A stretch of DNA of 64,000 bases from an uncultured Verrucomicrobiae bacterium (lineage in GTDB: Bacteria; Verrucomicrobiota; Verrucomicrobiia; Limisphaerales; Palsa-1400). The stretch covers positions 448,001 through 512,000 of the forward strand of contig CAVXRD010000001.1 of the NCBI GenBank assembly GCA_963764165.1, read 5' to 3'. The position numbers and the translations under genes are program-made. Under the pieces are notes generated by a model. That model made no database searches and was not told where the DNA came from. It saw only the letters and a list, made by a program, of their open reading frames with translations. Each line of letters starts with the position of its first letter. Within the stretch, counting starts at the first letter, position 1. Of the stretch, positions 7,799 through 17,356 are shown one piece after another.

Positions 7799-9670
7799 TT
7801 AAGCATACACCAGCAAATGGATTTCATCGGGCAGGTTGTCCGAGATGTGGCGGATGATGTTGCCGCGCAACAGATGCGCTAACCCTTTGCGTTCCGGCGC
7901 GCCGAGCACCAGATAAGACGCCCCCATCGTCGCCGCGATGTCCACAATCGTGTCTCCCACGGAATCGCTGACTGCGTAACACGGGAAGACCGGGTGGTTT
8001 TCGGCTTTTGCTTTGGCGACGAGGAACACTTCACGGGCTTCGTCGTCTTCCTGCCATTTCTTTTTGTAATCCTGCTCTGTCAGAATCGGCAGCGAGCGGA
8101 CAAAAAGTATGTAGAGCGGACGCCGGGTCAACTGCGCCTCTTGAATGGCGAAATCCAGCGTTTTGCCAATGCCGCGCACGGCGCACATCATTGGCGGCCC
8201 GTCGACGTTGTCCATGCTGAAGCTCGTGGTGGCCATCGCGAGCGTTGCAGCCGCGGCGGGAGCGGATTCCTTCGGTCCCGTTCCTGCGCCGGCGGCGGCG
8301 TCCTTGGCCGCCTTTGAGCGCGAGGCAAATTCTCCAACCAAGCCCCGCGCGATCAGGCCGATGACCAGCACCGCCATCGCGAATTTGAGAGCGGTCGGCT
8401 TGTAGACAAACAGCGAAATCTCAATCGCGAGCATGATGACAAAAGTCACGTACATGACAGCGCGCTCCCATTTTGCCAATCCGAGTTTTTTGTCTGTGCT
8501 GCAAGCCCCAAGATTCGTCGCAATCGCGCCGACCACTCCGACCGCATACAAATCCGCCAATCCGCTGACGTCTTTCACCGCCAAAACCAGCAAGGCCGGG
8601 ATGACCGTAGCGATGATCAGGCCAAGATTGGGCACGCCAAATTGGTTCAGCTTTTGGAAGCGGGCGGGCAATTCGCCGTCGCGCGACATAAGAAAGGAAA
8701 TCGCCACCAGATCAACGATGGCCGTATTTACCGCCGAAAGCAGCAGGACGCCGAACACGATGCTTACGATCAGAGCGGCCGCATACGATATGCCCGGATG
8801 GGCGGCGCCACCCACGAACATCTGCGCCATGTAACGCAGCATGTAATCGCGAACGCCGGGATTATTAGGCGCGTCGACATCAGGGTTCAACGGGTCCGTG
8901 CTATTGATTTTGAGGTCCGGCAGCGCGTGCATTGCCAATCCCAACAGCGCCGTGAAAAGGCAGACCTCGACCATCACCAGCAGGATCGCAGGAGTGGAAG
9001 TCTTGGAAACATTCGGATTGGCGTCAGAACACCCTTTATTGAGCCTCATCACCCCCGTTGAGTTCGCAATGGCCTCCACGCCGGAAAGGGCCAAAACGAC
9101 GCCCACGAAGCCCTTCCAGTTGGCCATGAATCCGCCGGTCGGCCGCACGACATGGTGTATCGCGTCTGGCAGATGCGGCAGGCAGAATATGCCCAACAAT
9201 ACCACGACGATGACCGTCGGAATGGAGACCAGGGCTGCCAACGTGCCAGAATGGCGCGGCCCAAAAACATTGATCAGTCCGATAATGACAATGAGCGCCG
9301 CGGCCCAATACTCCGGGTGCGAAAATTGGAGATATTGAAAAGCCGAAAGCGCGCTCAGGGCCGCCGTCACTATATAATCCGCCACCAGCAAAAACGCCCC
9401 GACTATGGAGATGATGACGGACCGATGCCGGACGCTCGCATAAACGCCGCCGCCATCCGGGTAATGCCGGCAGATGGCCATGTAATTGACCCCGACAAGG
9501 GCGGTCAGGAGGCACATGGCGGCAATCAGCCAGAACGAGCTGTAGCCGCCCACCGCGAAGGCAAGCCCGATGACATAGGCCTTGCTGGTGCCCCAATCGC
9601 CATAAAGAATTGCCGCGGCGCGGGGAACATCGACGTTGCGTGGACGCCGGGTGTTGCCTGTCACCATCAT
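7799..9670 (-). CDS. APC-superfamily permease with C-terminal universal-stress-protein (USP)-like domain; possible K+ transporter
   Basis: About 12 hydrophobic segments; YPDGGGVY; ALSGVEAIAN; TM1 LYGDWGTSKAY; USP-like tail SVGDTIVDIAATMGASYLVLGA...LLRGNII. Confidence 0.88.
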   Translation of the reverse strand: MMVTGNTRRPRNVDVPRAAAILYGDWGTSKAYVIGLAFAVGGYSSFWLIAAMCLLTALVGVNYMAICRHYPDGGGVYASVRHRSVIISIVGAFLLVADYIVTAALSALSAFQYLQFSHPEYWAAALIVIIGLINVFGPRHSGTLAALVSIPTVIVVVLLGIFCLPHLPDAIHHVVRPTGGFMANWKGFVGVVLALSGVEAIANSTGVMRLNKGCSDANPNVSKTSTPAILLVMVEVCLFTALLGLAMHALPDLKINSTDPLNPDVDAPNNPGVRDYMLRYMAQMFVGGAAHPGISYAAALIVSIVFGVLLLSAVNTAIVDLVAISFLMSRDGELPARFQKLNQFGVPNLGLIIATVIPALLVLAVKDVSGLADLYAVGVVGAIATNLGACSTDKKLGLAKWERAVMYVTFVIMLAIEISLFVYKPTALKFAMAVLVIGLIARGLVGEFASRSKAAKDAAAGAGTGPKESAPAAAATLAMATTSFSMDNVDGPPMMCAVRGIGKTLDFAIQEAQLTRRPLYILFVRSLPILTEQDYKKKWQEDDEAREVFLVAKAKAENHPVFPCYAVSDSVGDTIVDIAATMGASYLVLGAPERKGLAHLLRGNIIRHISDNLPDEIHLLVYA

Positions 9671-9758
9671 CGGTATGTGTCGGAAATCACGCCGGGAAGT
9701 TAGGAAGCCCGCCCTCCATTGGCAAGCCATTAGTAGATTCGAGCCAGCGCGCTGTGAC

Positions 9759-9869
9759 GGCAGGGCGAGGTTCCGTTGATCCCATTTTGGATTTTAAGGC
9801 TTGTGGCGAATGACGCCTCCGGAACGCGCGGAAAAATTGAATCAGGGCTCGACCCAGTCCAGCCCTGCC
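9759..9869. repeat. REP/REPIN-like inverted repeat (degenerate copy)
   Basis: GGCAGGGCGAGGTTCCGTTGATCCC ... GGGCTCGACCCAGTCCAGCCCTGCC. Confidence 0.75.
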
Positions 9870-10099
9870 ATTAGATATTTTTTACTGTAGTCCCACCTAT
9901 TTGTGGCATTATTCCATTAAGCAAATAAATGACATATGGAAGTTGGATGGCCCCCGCGGCCATGGTCGGAGATTCAATTTGTTTTCTCGCCTCCCCCTCT
10001 CTCCGCAGGCGGGGCGACGGAATCGGCCAGAGCGGCTTGCGCGGCTATTTTGCCAAAAAGAGCGATGCGCCCCTGCCCAATAGCGTCCGCGGATGTTGG

Positions 10100-10129
10100 T
10101 TGTCATTTCAAGCGCGAACTCGCTATAGT
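10100..10129 (+). promoter_or_regulatory. Candidate sigma70 promoter
   Basis: TTGTCA-N18-TATAGT, 25 nt upstream of the ATG at 10155. Confidence 0.4.
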
Positions 10130-10154
10130 GGCCCGCCAACATTTGGCGCGCGAC

Positions 10155-10544
10155 ATGAATAAGAGCACAAAATCCCCGGTTACGAATGGCCTGCGCGATA
10201 TTTCGGTGCAGGATTTTTGGAGCAATCCCTTGTTGCCGGCTGAAACCCTTCAGGCCAAGCTCAACGGAATCCCCGTCGATCCAAAAGTGTTCCCGCAATT
10301 GGCCGGGGAGATTCGGCTGATTCAGGAGCTGCTGTTCGCTTTCGGATCGCGGCGTTACGGGGCGATTTCCATGCTCGCGATTGTCGATATCCTCCAGGCG
10401 ACGGATTATTTCATCGCGCTTGACGACGGCAAACCGGACAGCAAAGAGGACGGTTACTCCGACGACGCGGTTGTGATCCACAAAGCAGTTCTCAAGCACG
10501 AGTCAGAGCTAAAAGCGTTCAAGCAGTGGCTGCATTCGCAGTAA
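10155..10544 (+). CDS. YkvA/DUF1232-like small protein
   Basis: ATDYFIALDDGKPDSKEDGYSDDAVVI resembles the DUF1232 motif (ALxYFxxPxDxIPD...GxxDDxxV); start MNKSTK. Confidence 0.65.
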   Translation: MNKSTKSPVTNGLRDISVQDFWSNPLLPAETLQAKLNGIPVDPKVFPQLAGEIRLIQELLFAFGSRRYGAISMLAIVDILQATDYFIALDDGKPDSKEDGYSDDAVVIHKAVLKHESELKAFKQWLHSQ

Positions 10545-10628
10545 GAACGCAGAGGCACGGACGCCTCGCCGGGTCCATCTCCACACAACCTTTTGCGTTA
10601 AACGGCTTTCTGTCCTATTTTGACCGCG

Positions 10629-11891
10629 ATGCGCACAGACGCCGCGGCAGCCACTCCAGCACGATCTCAGGACGCGACGGAACGGACCGTGATGTCCATT
10701 CTCGTCGCGATTAGCTTTTCCCACATGCTCAATGACACGATTCAATCCCTCATCCCGGCGATTTATCCGGTGGTGAAGGATTCGTTTCATTTGAATTATT
10801 CCGAAGTCGGAATGATCACGCTGGCGTTCCAGATGACCGCCTCGCTGCTGCAGCCGCTGGTCGGCCATGTCGCGGATCGTCGCCCGCAACCATACGCGCT
10901 GGCAGGCGGGATGTGTTTCACACTGATTGGTTTGGTGCTGCTGGCGGTGGCGGGAAGCTACCCGATTTTGCTGGTCGCGGTGGCGCTGGTCGGTGTCGGA
11001 TCGTCCGTGTTTCATCCGGAAGCCTCGCGGCTGGCTTACATGGCGGCGGGCAAACGGCACGGATTCGCCCAGGCCCTTTTCCAACTCGGCGGCAACATGG
11101 GCAGTTCGCTCGGGCCGCTGCTGGCTGCGATCATCGTGGCAGGCGCTCACGGGCAAATCCGTGTCATCTGGTTCACAGCGGTCGCGGTGATCGCGATCAT
11201 CATCTTGTGGTACGTTGGCCATTGGTATGGGCGGAACACGTTCCGGCTCAAACCGCGTCCGCGCCCGGAAGCTCATGGCGGACAAAGACTGTTGTCGCAA
11301 AGAAAAGTGGCTTTCTCCATCGGCGTTTTGGCCGTGCTGATGTTCTCGAAATTTTTCTACCTGACCAGCATGAGCAGCTATTACACATTTTATCTGATCG
11401 ATAAATTCGGCGTATCCGTGCGCAGCGCACAACTTTACCTGTTCGTCTTTTTAATTTCGGTGGCGGCAGGAACTTTTGTGGGCGGACCGGTTGGCGACAA
11501 ATTTGGACGCAAATATGTGATTTGGGCGTCCATCCTCGGCGCGGCGCCATTTACCCTGCTCCTGCCGCACGCAAACCTAGTTTGGACGGCGGCGTTGTCC
11601 ATTCCGATCGGGTTGATTTTGTCCTCCGCCTTTTCGGCAATTTTGGTTTATGCGCAAGAATTGGTTCCCGGAAAAGTGGGATTGATCGCGGGTTTGTTTT
11701 TCGGACTGGCCTTCGGCATGGGTGGATTGGGATCCGCGCTGCTGGGCAAACTCGCCGACAAGACGAGCATCAATTTTGTTTTTCAAGTTTGCGCCTATCT
11801 GCCGTTGCTTGGCTTGCTAACCGGATTTCTGCCGAACCTTGAATCTCGCGGCGCCATCAGTCTGGGCGCTGAATCAGAGATAGAGGCTTAA
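10629..11891 (+). CDS. fsr: MFS transporter, fosmidomycin-resistance (Fsr)-like
   Basis: SHMLNDTIQSLIPAIYP, QPLVGHVADRRP, GSSVFHPEASR, GGPVGDKFGRKYVIW, VYAQELVPGKVG. Confidence 0.85.
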   Translation: MRTDAAAATPARSQDATERTVMSILVAISFSHMLNDTIQSLIPAIYPVVKDSFHLNYSEVGMITLAFQMTASLLQPLVGHVADRRPQPYALAGGMCFTLIGLVLLAVAGSYPILLVAVALVGVGSSVFHPEASRLAYMAAGKRHGFAQALFQLGGNMGSSLGPLLAAIIVAGAHGQIRVIWFTAVAVIAIIILWYVGHWYGRNTFRLKPRPRPEAHGGQRLLSQRKVAFSIGVLAVLMFSKFFYLTSMSSYYTFYLIDKFGVSVRSAQLYLFVFLISVAAGTFVGGPVGDKFGRKYVIWASILGAAPFTLLLPHANLVWTAALSIPIGLILSSAFSAILVYAQELVPGKVGLIAGLFFGLAFGMGGLGSALLGKLADKTSINFVFQVCAYLPLLGLLTGFLPNLESRGAISLGAESEIEA

Positions 11892-12076
11892 TCTGTCCCG
11901 CGCTGTCCTTTTCAAAGATTGCCGACAGCGTGGCGCGCATGGCTATTGACAAGGCAACCGGAAACGGCGCATTGCCAACCCCGGGCGGACACGCGCGGGG
12001 CGTTCGTTTCCTTGATTTCACACAGGCGAACTCGACAGATGCGAGCGGCCTTTGTAGACCTATCTGCGGCAAAACT

Positions 12077-14569
12077 ATGAAAACTCAATTTTTACTCGCG
12101 TGCCTCGCGGCTGGGTTGATGTCCTGCACCGTTTCGGCTCAAACCATGCGGCAACCGTCCGAAGAGGTCAACAGCCCTGAGGTTCGCCAGCGGCAGGGGC
12201 TCTCGCCCAACACGAATCTGCTTTTTAATGGCTGGGGCGTTACGCCCGCCGGGCAGCATTGCGTCATTAGCGACCTGCCCTTGCGCCTGGTTGTTGCGCC
12301 GGACCAGAAGCGGCTACTGGCCGTGCACGGAGGTTATACGAAACAGGGCGTGACATTGATCGACCCGAAGACGCGCGAGCAAACGCAGTTTCTTCCGCTC
12401 GCTGAATCGTGGAACGGGCTGGCCTTTAACAACGACGGCAGCCGTTTCTATGTCACCGGCGGCGACTCGGGTTTGCTGCACGTCTTTTCCTACAAAAACG
12501 GCGAGGCGGCGCTAGAGCAGTCCGTCGAGCCGGAATTAAATGCGGCTTCCACCTTCCTCGCCGGCATCGCCGTAAATCCCCGTTCGGGCGACATCTACCT
12601 CTGCAACGAAGGCAATCAGGAAGTTTGGCGGGTTGACGCGGCAACGCTTAAGGTGACCGCGAGGATTCCCGTTGGCGAACATCCGCATAGCTGCATTTTT
12701 GGCGCGGACAAGCGCCACCTTTACGTGAGCAATTGGGGCAGCCGGAGCGTCAGTGTTATTGACACGGAGAAGGGCCGCAAGGTGCGCGATATTGCAGTTG
12801 GCCGGCGGCCCAACGAATTGACGCTCAGCCCGGATGGCCGCTTGTTCGTGGCGTGCGCCGGTGACAATACTATCCACGTCATCCAAACCCACTCTTTGGA
12901 AAAGGCGCGCGTAGCTGCGGACGCAACCAAGAGACTCGATGAATCCACCCGTGAAATCATCGCGACCTCGCTTTATCCCGATTCTCCCGAGGGCAGCACG
13001 CCGGATGCGGTGGCGGTTTCCCCGGACGGGCGCACCCTGTTCGTGGCCAATGCCGACAACAACGACGTGATGGTGGCCGATATTTCCAATTCGGGTTCCG
13101 AATCCGCCCGAAAAAATGACGAGTCGGTTTCGGTGGTGGAAGGATTCATTCCAGTCGGCTGGTATCCCAGCGCCATCGCGGTGAGCCCCGATAACCAAAC
13201 GCTATATGTCGCCAACGGCAAAGGGCTTTCGTCGTGGGCGAACTATCCGAAGAAAGGCGCCGAAGGCCGCAAGCAGGGCAAAGGCTTCGATTACATCGCC
13301 AATCTATTCTCCGGCTCTGTGTCGTTCATCGCCAAGCCGGATGCCGCGCAAATGGCGGCCTACACGGCGCAAGTGCGTCGGAATTCCCCATACACGCCTG
13401 GCCAGTTTGAACACGCCCCAGTCGCCAGTGACTCCGCCGTCCCCGACAAAGCCGGCCAGCCCTGCCCGATCAAATATGTACTTTACATCATCAAGGAGAA
13501 TCGGACCTACGACCAGGTCTTTGGCGATTTCAAGGACGCGCATGGCAATCCAGCCGGCAACGGCGAGCCGGCGATCACGATGTACGGCGAAACCGTGACC
13601 CCGAACCATCACAAGCTTGCCCGAGATTACGTTTTGTTTGACAATCTTTACTGCAATAGCGAGGTGAGTGTCGACGGCCACAGTTGGTGCGACGCGGCGA
13701 TTGCCACCGACTTCAACCAGCGCTCCTGGATCATGAGCTATTCCAAGCATGGAAAATTGCCGGGCAATGATGAAATGGAAACGCCGACTTCCGGATATCT
13801 TTGGGATCTTTGCCGCCGCCATGGGCTGAGCACGAAAAATTACGGGGAGGCCGCCTATCGCGTGCCCAGCGCCAATCGCGGCCATTGGCCGAGCGGCCGC
13901 GACATGGACCGGGTGCAAGGCTGGATCAGCGACTTGCACGAAGCGGAACAGACGGGCGCGATGCCGCGTTTGGCGATCATGAGCCTCGGCGAGGATCACA
14001 CCAGGGGCACTGCGCCAGGCGCTTTCACGCCGGACGCTTCAGTAGCCAGCAACGACCAGGGCCTGGGCAAAATTGTCGAAGCCGCCAGCCACAGCAAGTT
14101 CTGGAACGAGATGGCGATTTTCGTCATCGAAGACGACGCGCAAAATGGACCTGACCACGTCGACGCCCACCGCACGGCTGGACTTGTCATTTCGCCGTAT
14201 TGCAAGCGAGGTTTTGTTGACAGCACGTTATACTCGACAGCCAGCATGGTTCGCACCATTGAGTTGATTCTGGGCCTTCCGCCATTGACGCAATACGACG
14301 CCGGCGCGACTCCAATGTTCAATGCTTTCAGCAAAACGGCCAAAGCTGATCCGTATGCGCGCCTCAATCCCGGCGTGGATGTGTTCGCCAAGAACACGCC
14401 CAAATCCCCCGGGGCGAAACAGTCCGCGAAAATGAATTTTCGCGATTACGATCTTGCGCCGGAGGACGAATTGAATCGCATCCTGTGGGTGGCCGCTAAA
14501 GGACCGGATGTTCCGTACCCCACGCCGATACACCGCACCATTTTGACAAGTGAATCTGCCGCGAGGTAA
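12077..14569 (+). CDS. Secreted YVTN/YncE beta-propeller + phosphoesterase (alkaline phosphatase-like) protein
   Basis: Signal peptide MKTQFLLACLAAG; repeats IPVGEHP, LYVSNWGSRSVSVID, LFVANADNN; YVLYIIKENRTYDQVFGD; EDDAQNGPDHVDAHR. Confidence 0.9.
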   Translation: MKTQFLLACLAAGLMSCTVSAQTMRQPSEEVNSPEVRQRQGLSPNTNLLFNGWGVTPAGQHCVISDLPLRLVVAPDQKRLLAVHGGYTKQGVTLIDPKTREQTQFLPLAESWNGLAFNNDGSRFYVTGGDSGLLHVFSYKNGEAALEQSVEPELNAASTFLAGIAVNPRSGDIYLCNEGNQEVWRVDAATLKVTARIPVGEHPHSCIFGADKRHLYVSNWGSRSVSVIDTEKGRKVRDIAVGRRPNELTLSPDGRLFVACAGDNTIHVIQTHSLEKARVAADATKRLDESTREIIATSLYPDSPEGSTPDAVAVSPDGRTLFVANADNNDVMVADISNSGSESARKNDESVSVVEGFIPVGWYPSAIAVSPDNQTLYVANGKGLSSWANYPKKGAEGRKQGKGFDYIANLFSGSVSFIAKPDAAQMAAYTAQVRRNSPYTPGQFEHAPVASDSAVPDKAGQPCPIKYVLYIIKENRTYDQVFGDFKDAHGNPAGNGEPAITMYGETVTPNHHKLARDYVLFDNLYCNSEVSVDGHSWCDAAIATDFNQRSWIMSYSKHGKLPGNDEMETPTSGYLWDLCRRHGLSTKNYGEAAYRVPSANRGHWPSGRDMDRVQGWISDLHEAEQTGAMPRLAIMSLGEDHTRGTAPGAFTPDASVASNDQGLGKIVEAASHSKFWNEMAIFVIEDDAQNGPDHVDAHRTAGLVISPYCKRGFVDSTLYSTASMVRTIELILGLPPLTQYDAGATPMFNAFSKTAKADPYARLNPGVDVFAKNTPKSPGAKQSAKMNFRDYDLAPEDELNRILWVAAKGPDVPYPTPIHRTILTSESAAR

Positions 14570-14804
14570 GCGAGGACAAGACTTCGAATAGCAGAAGGAC
14601 CGAGGAAATAGAGAGGAAGATTGCAACCGCGGCCGGTCTTCGACACAGCCGCGCCCCGCCTCACGGCGTCGCCGCTCACTTCCCAATTGCCTCGGTTTTT
14701 TCGCCCTCCGCATTTTTCGCTGGCCATTCAAATGGATAATGGTATGAATAAAGAAGGATTCCGAAGCGTGTTGGCGGTCATCATCCTGAACCGAAAATGG
14801 ATAT

Positions 14805-16964
14805 GTGAACGAAGCCCGTGTCATCTCCTCGCAGGCGGCAGGCGAAAGCGAACGGACGGAATTGGTGCGGCTCCGTTTGGCTGCCATTGTTGAATCTTCT
14901 GACGACGCCATCATTGGCGAAAACCTCGAAAGCATCATCACCGATTGGAATCGTGGCGCGGAGCGAATGTTCGGTTACACCGAGGCCGAAATGCTTGGAA
15001 TTTCCTGCGTCAATATCATCCCGCCCGACCGTCAAGATGAGGAAAACTTCATCCTTGGGAAAATTCGGAGCGGCGAGCGGGTGGACCACTTCGAAACCCT
15101 GCGGCGGAGCAAGGATGGGCGCCTCATCCCCGTATCCATCACGGCGTCGCCAATAAAAGATATTTATGGCCTGATTGTTGGAGTCTCGAAAATTGCCCGG
15201 GATATCACGCTGCAAAAGGAGCACGAAACCCAGCTCGCGAGGATGACCCGGCTTCACGCCGCCCGGAGCCAGATCAACCAGGCCATTGTCTGGTCCGCCA
15301 CGAGTGACGGATTGTTTCAGGAAGTCTGCCGCATACTGGTTGAAGCAGGAGGGTTCTGCATGGCCTGGGTAGGCAGGAACAATCCCGACACCTCGGAGAT
15401 TTTGCCCGTTTCAGTGTACGGGAAGGAATCAGACTACCTCCAGACTGTAAAGGTTTTCAGTGATGACCGGCCGGAAGGACGGGGCCCGACGGGACTGGCG
15501 GTGCGAACGGGCCGGCCCTACATCTGCAATAACATGCGCCAGAACCCAGTCACGCTCCCATGGCGGACGCAGATATCGCAGCGAGGCTTTCAATCCTCGT
15601 CCAGTGTCCCAATTCGCGTTGGCAGCGGTGTTTGGGGAGTGCTTGCTGTCTACTCCGATGACCCGTGGTTTTTCAAAGACGCCGAGGTGGGGCTGTTGGA
15701 GGAAGCGGCGGTGGACGTTTCGATCGCGCTTGACGCGCTGGCCGAGAAGGCTGCCCGCCGACAAATCGAAATAGTCGCAGAAAATGAACGGCTTTTTTCC
15801 GCGACGATGATCGATAGCATGCCCGGCATTCTCTATTTCTATGACATGCATGGGCGCTTTATGCGTTGGAACAAGAATTTTGAAACCGTCTCCGGCTATT
15901 CCGCCGCCGAGATCAGCCAAATGCACCCTCTGGATTTCTTTCGGGATGAAGAAAAGGAGGCGCTGAAACAGCGAATCGCGGAGGTTTTTGAAAAGGGCGA
16001 ATCTTTCGTCGAGGCCCCCTTCCTTTCCAAGGATGGGCGCACCACCCCTTATTTTTTCACTGGCAGGCGCGTCGAATTCAACGGCTCGACCTGCCTTGTT
16101 GGAGTCGGGATGGACTACACCAAGCAAGTGAAAGCCGAGAAGCAGTTGCGCGTTTTGAACCAGACGCTCGAGCTTGAGGTCGCCGAGCGGACGAGCGATT
16201 TGCAAACGGCCCTGGCGCGCGCCGAAGCGTCCGACCGGCTTAAATCCGCATTCCTGGCCACGATGTCGCATGAACTGCGCACGCCACTCAATTCGATCAT
16301 CGGGTTTACGGGGATTGTTCTGCAAGGATTGGCTGGCCCCCTGAACGCGGAACAGTCGAAGCAATTGGGAATGGTGCGCACCAGCGCGCGGCATCTTTTG
16401 GAACTCATCAACGACGTGCTCGATCTTTCCAAGATCGAAGCGGGACAATTGGAGCTGCGGCCCTCGTCGTTTCAATTGCGCGATTCGCTCGAACGCGTGC
16501 TGGGACTGGTCAAACCCATGGCGGAGGCGAAGGGATTAGCGTTGACAGTGGAGGTTTCGGCGGATTCATGCGAAATCACCAGCGACCGCCGCCGGGTGGA
16601 GCAGATACTTCTTAACCTGGTCAACAACGCCATCAAGTTCACTTCCTCGGGCGCAGTGACGGTGCGGGCTGAGCGAATCGCGGCCCATCAATTCGCCGGA
16701 AACTCGGGGGCGGCCGCCGCCATCCGGCTGAGCGTGATTGACACGGGCGTTGGCATCAAGCCGGAAGACCTGGCGTGTTTGTTTCAACCGTTTCACCAGA
16801 TTGACTCCGGCCTGGCGAGGCAGCACGAGGGCACTGGCCTTGGCCTGGCGATCTGCCAGCGTCTGGCGGGCCTGCTGGGAGGAGAAATTGCCGTCGCCAG
16901 CAAATGGGGCGCGGGAAGCGAGTTCTCCCTGGTCATGCCGGCAGCCATTTCTCCCAACTTATGA
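14805..16964 (+). CDS. Cytoplasmic PAS-GAF-PAS sensor histidine kinase
   Basis: AAIVESSDDAII...WNRGAERMFGY PAS; GAF; FLATMSHELRTPLNSIIGF H-box; QILLNLVNNAIKFT; DTGVGI; GTGLGL. Confidence 0.95.
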   Translation: MNEARVISSQAAGESERTELVRLRLAAIVESSDDAIIGENLESIITDWNRGAERMFGYTEAEMLGISCVNIIPPDRQDEENFILGKIRSGERVDHFETLRRSKDGRLIPVSITASPIKDIYGLIVGVSKIARDITLQKEHETQLARMTRLHAARSQINQAIVWSATSDGLFQEVCRILVEAGGFCMAWVGRNNPDTSEILPVSVYGKESDYLQTVKVFSDDRPEGRGPTGLAVRTGRPYICNNMRQNPVTLPWRTQISQRGFQSSSSVPIRVGSGVWGVLAVYSDDPWFFKDAEVGLLEEAAVDVSIALDALAEKAARRQIEIVAENERLFSATMIDSMPGILYFYDMHGRFMRWNKNFETVSGYSAAEISQMHPLDFFRDEEKEALKQRIAEVFEKGESFVEAPFLSKDGRTTPYFFTGRRVEFNGSTCLVGVGMDYTKQVKAEKQLRVLNQTLELEVAERTSDLQTALARAEASDRLKSAFLATMSHELRTPLNSIIGFTGIVLQGLAGPLNAEQSKQLGMVRTSARHLLELINDVLDLSKIEAGQLELRPSSFQLRDSLERVLGLVKPMAEAKGLALTVEVSADSCEITSDRRRVEQILLNLVNNAIKFTSSGAVTVRAERIAAHQFAGNSGAAAAIRLSVIDTGVGIKPEDLACLFQPFHQIDSGLARQHEGTGLGLAICQRLAGLLGGEIAVASKWGAGSEFSLVMPAAISPNL

Positions 16965-17356
16965 AACCGGGGACTGTTTTATTGATTGAGGACAACGCGC
17001 AGAACCGCTACCTTGCCACCTACCTGCTTGAGAAGCATGGCTACAACGTGGTGGCCGCAGTGGATGGCCCACTCGGGATTGAAGCGGCCCGGCAGGCAAA
17101 TCCGCATCTGATACTCTTGGATATACAATTGCCCTTGATGGACGGTTACGCCGTGGCCCGCTCTTTGCGCGCGATTCCTTCCCTGCGCGCCGTTCCCATC
17201 GTGGCGGTGACTTCGTATGCCATGGTGGGAGATCGCGAGAAATGCCTGGAAGTCGGCTGTGACGGATACATTGAGAAGCCAATCAACCCGGAAACGTTCG
17301 CCGCGGAGATCGGGCGATTTCTAAACCCAAACGCTGCGGACCCGGCCAGCCCATGA
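16961..17356 (+). CDS. Single-domain response regulator (DivK-like)
   Basis: ATGA overlap with the kinase stop; LLIEDN, ILLDIQLPLMDG, AVTSYAM.GDRE, GCDGYIEKPI. Confidence 0.93.
   Translation: MKPGTVLLIEDNAQNRYLATYLLEKHGYNVVAAVDGPLGIEAARQANPHLILLDIQLPLMDGYAVARSLRAIPSLRAVPIVAVTSYAMVGDREKCLEVGCDGYIEKPINPETFAAEIGRFLNPNAADPASP

Noticed and set aside
11945..12076. GGCAACCGGAAACGG stem suggestive of a c-di-GMP-I riboswitch
   Set aside because: The second stem with the GCAAAG-like motif is missing; may just be promoter sequence after TTGACA
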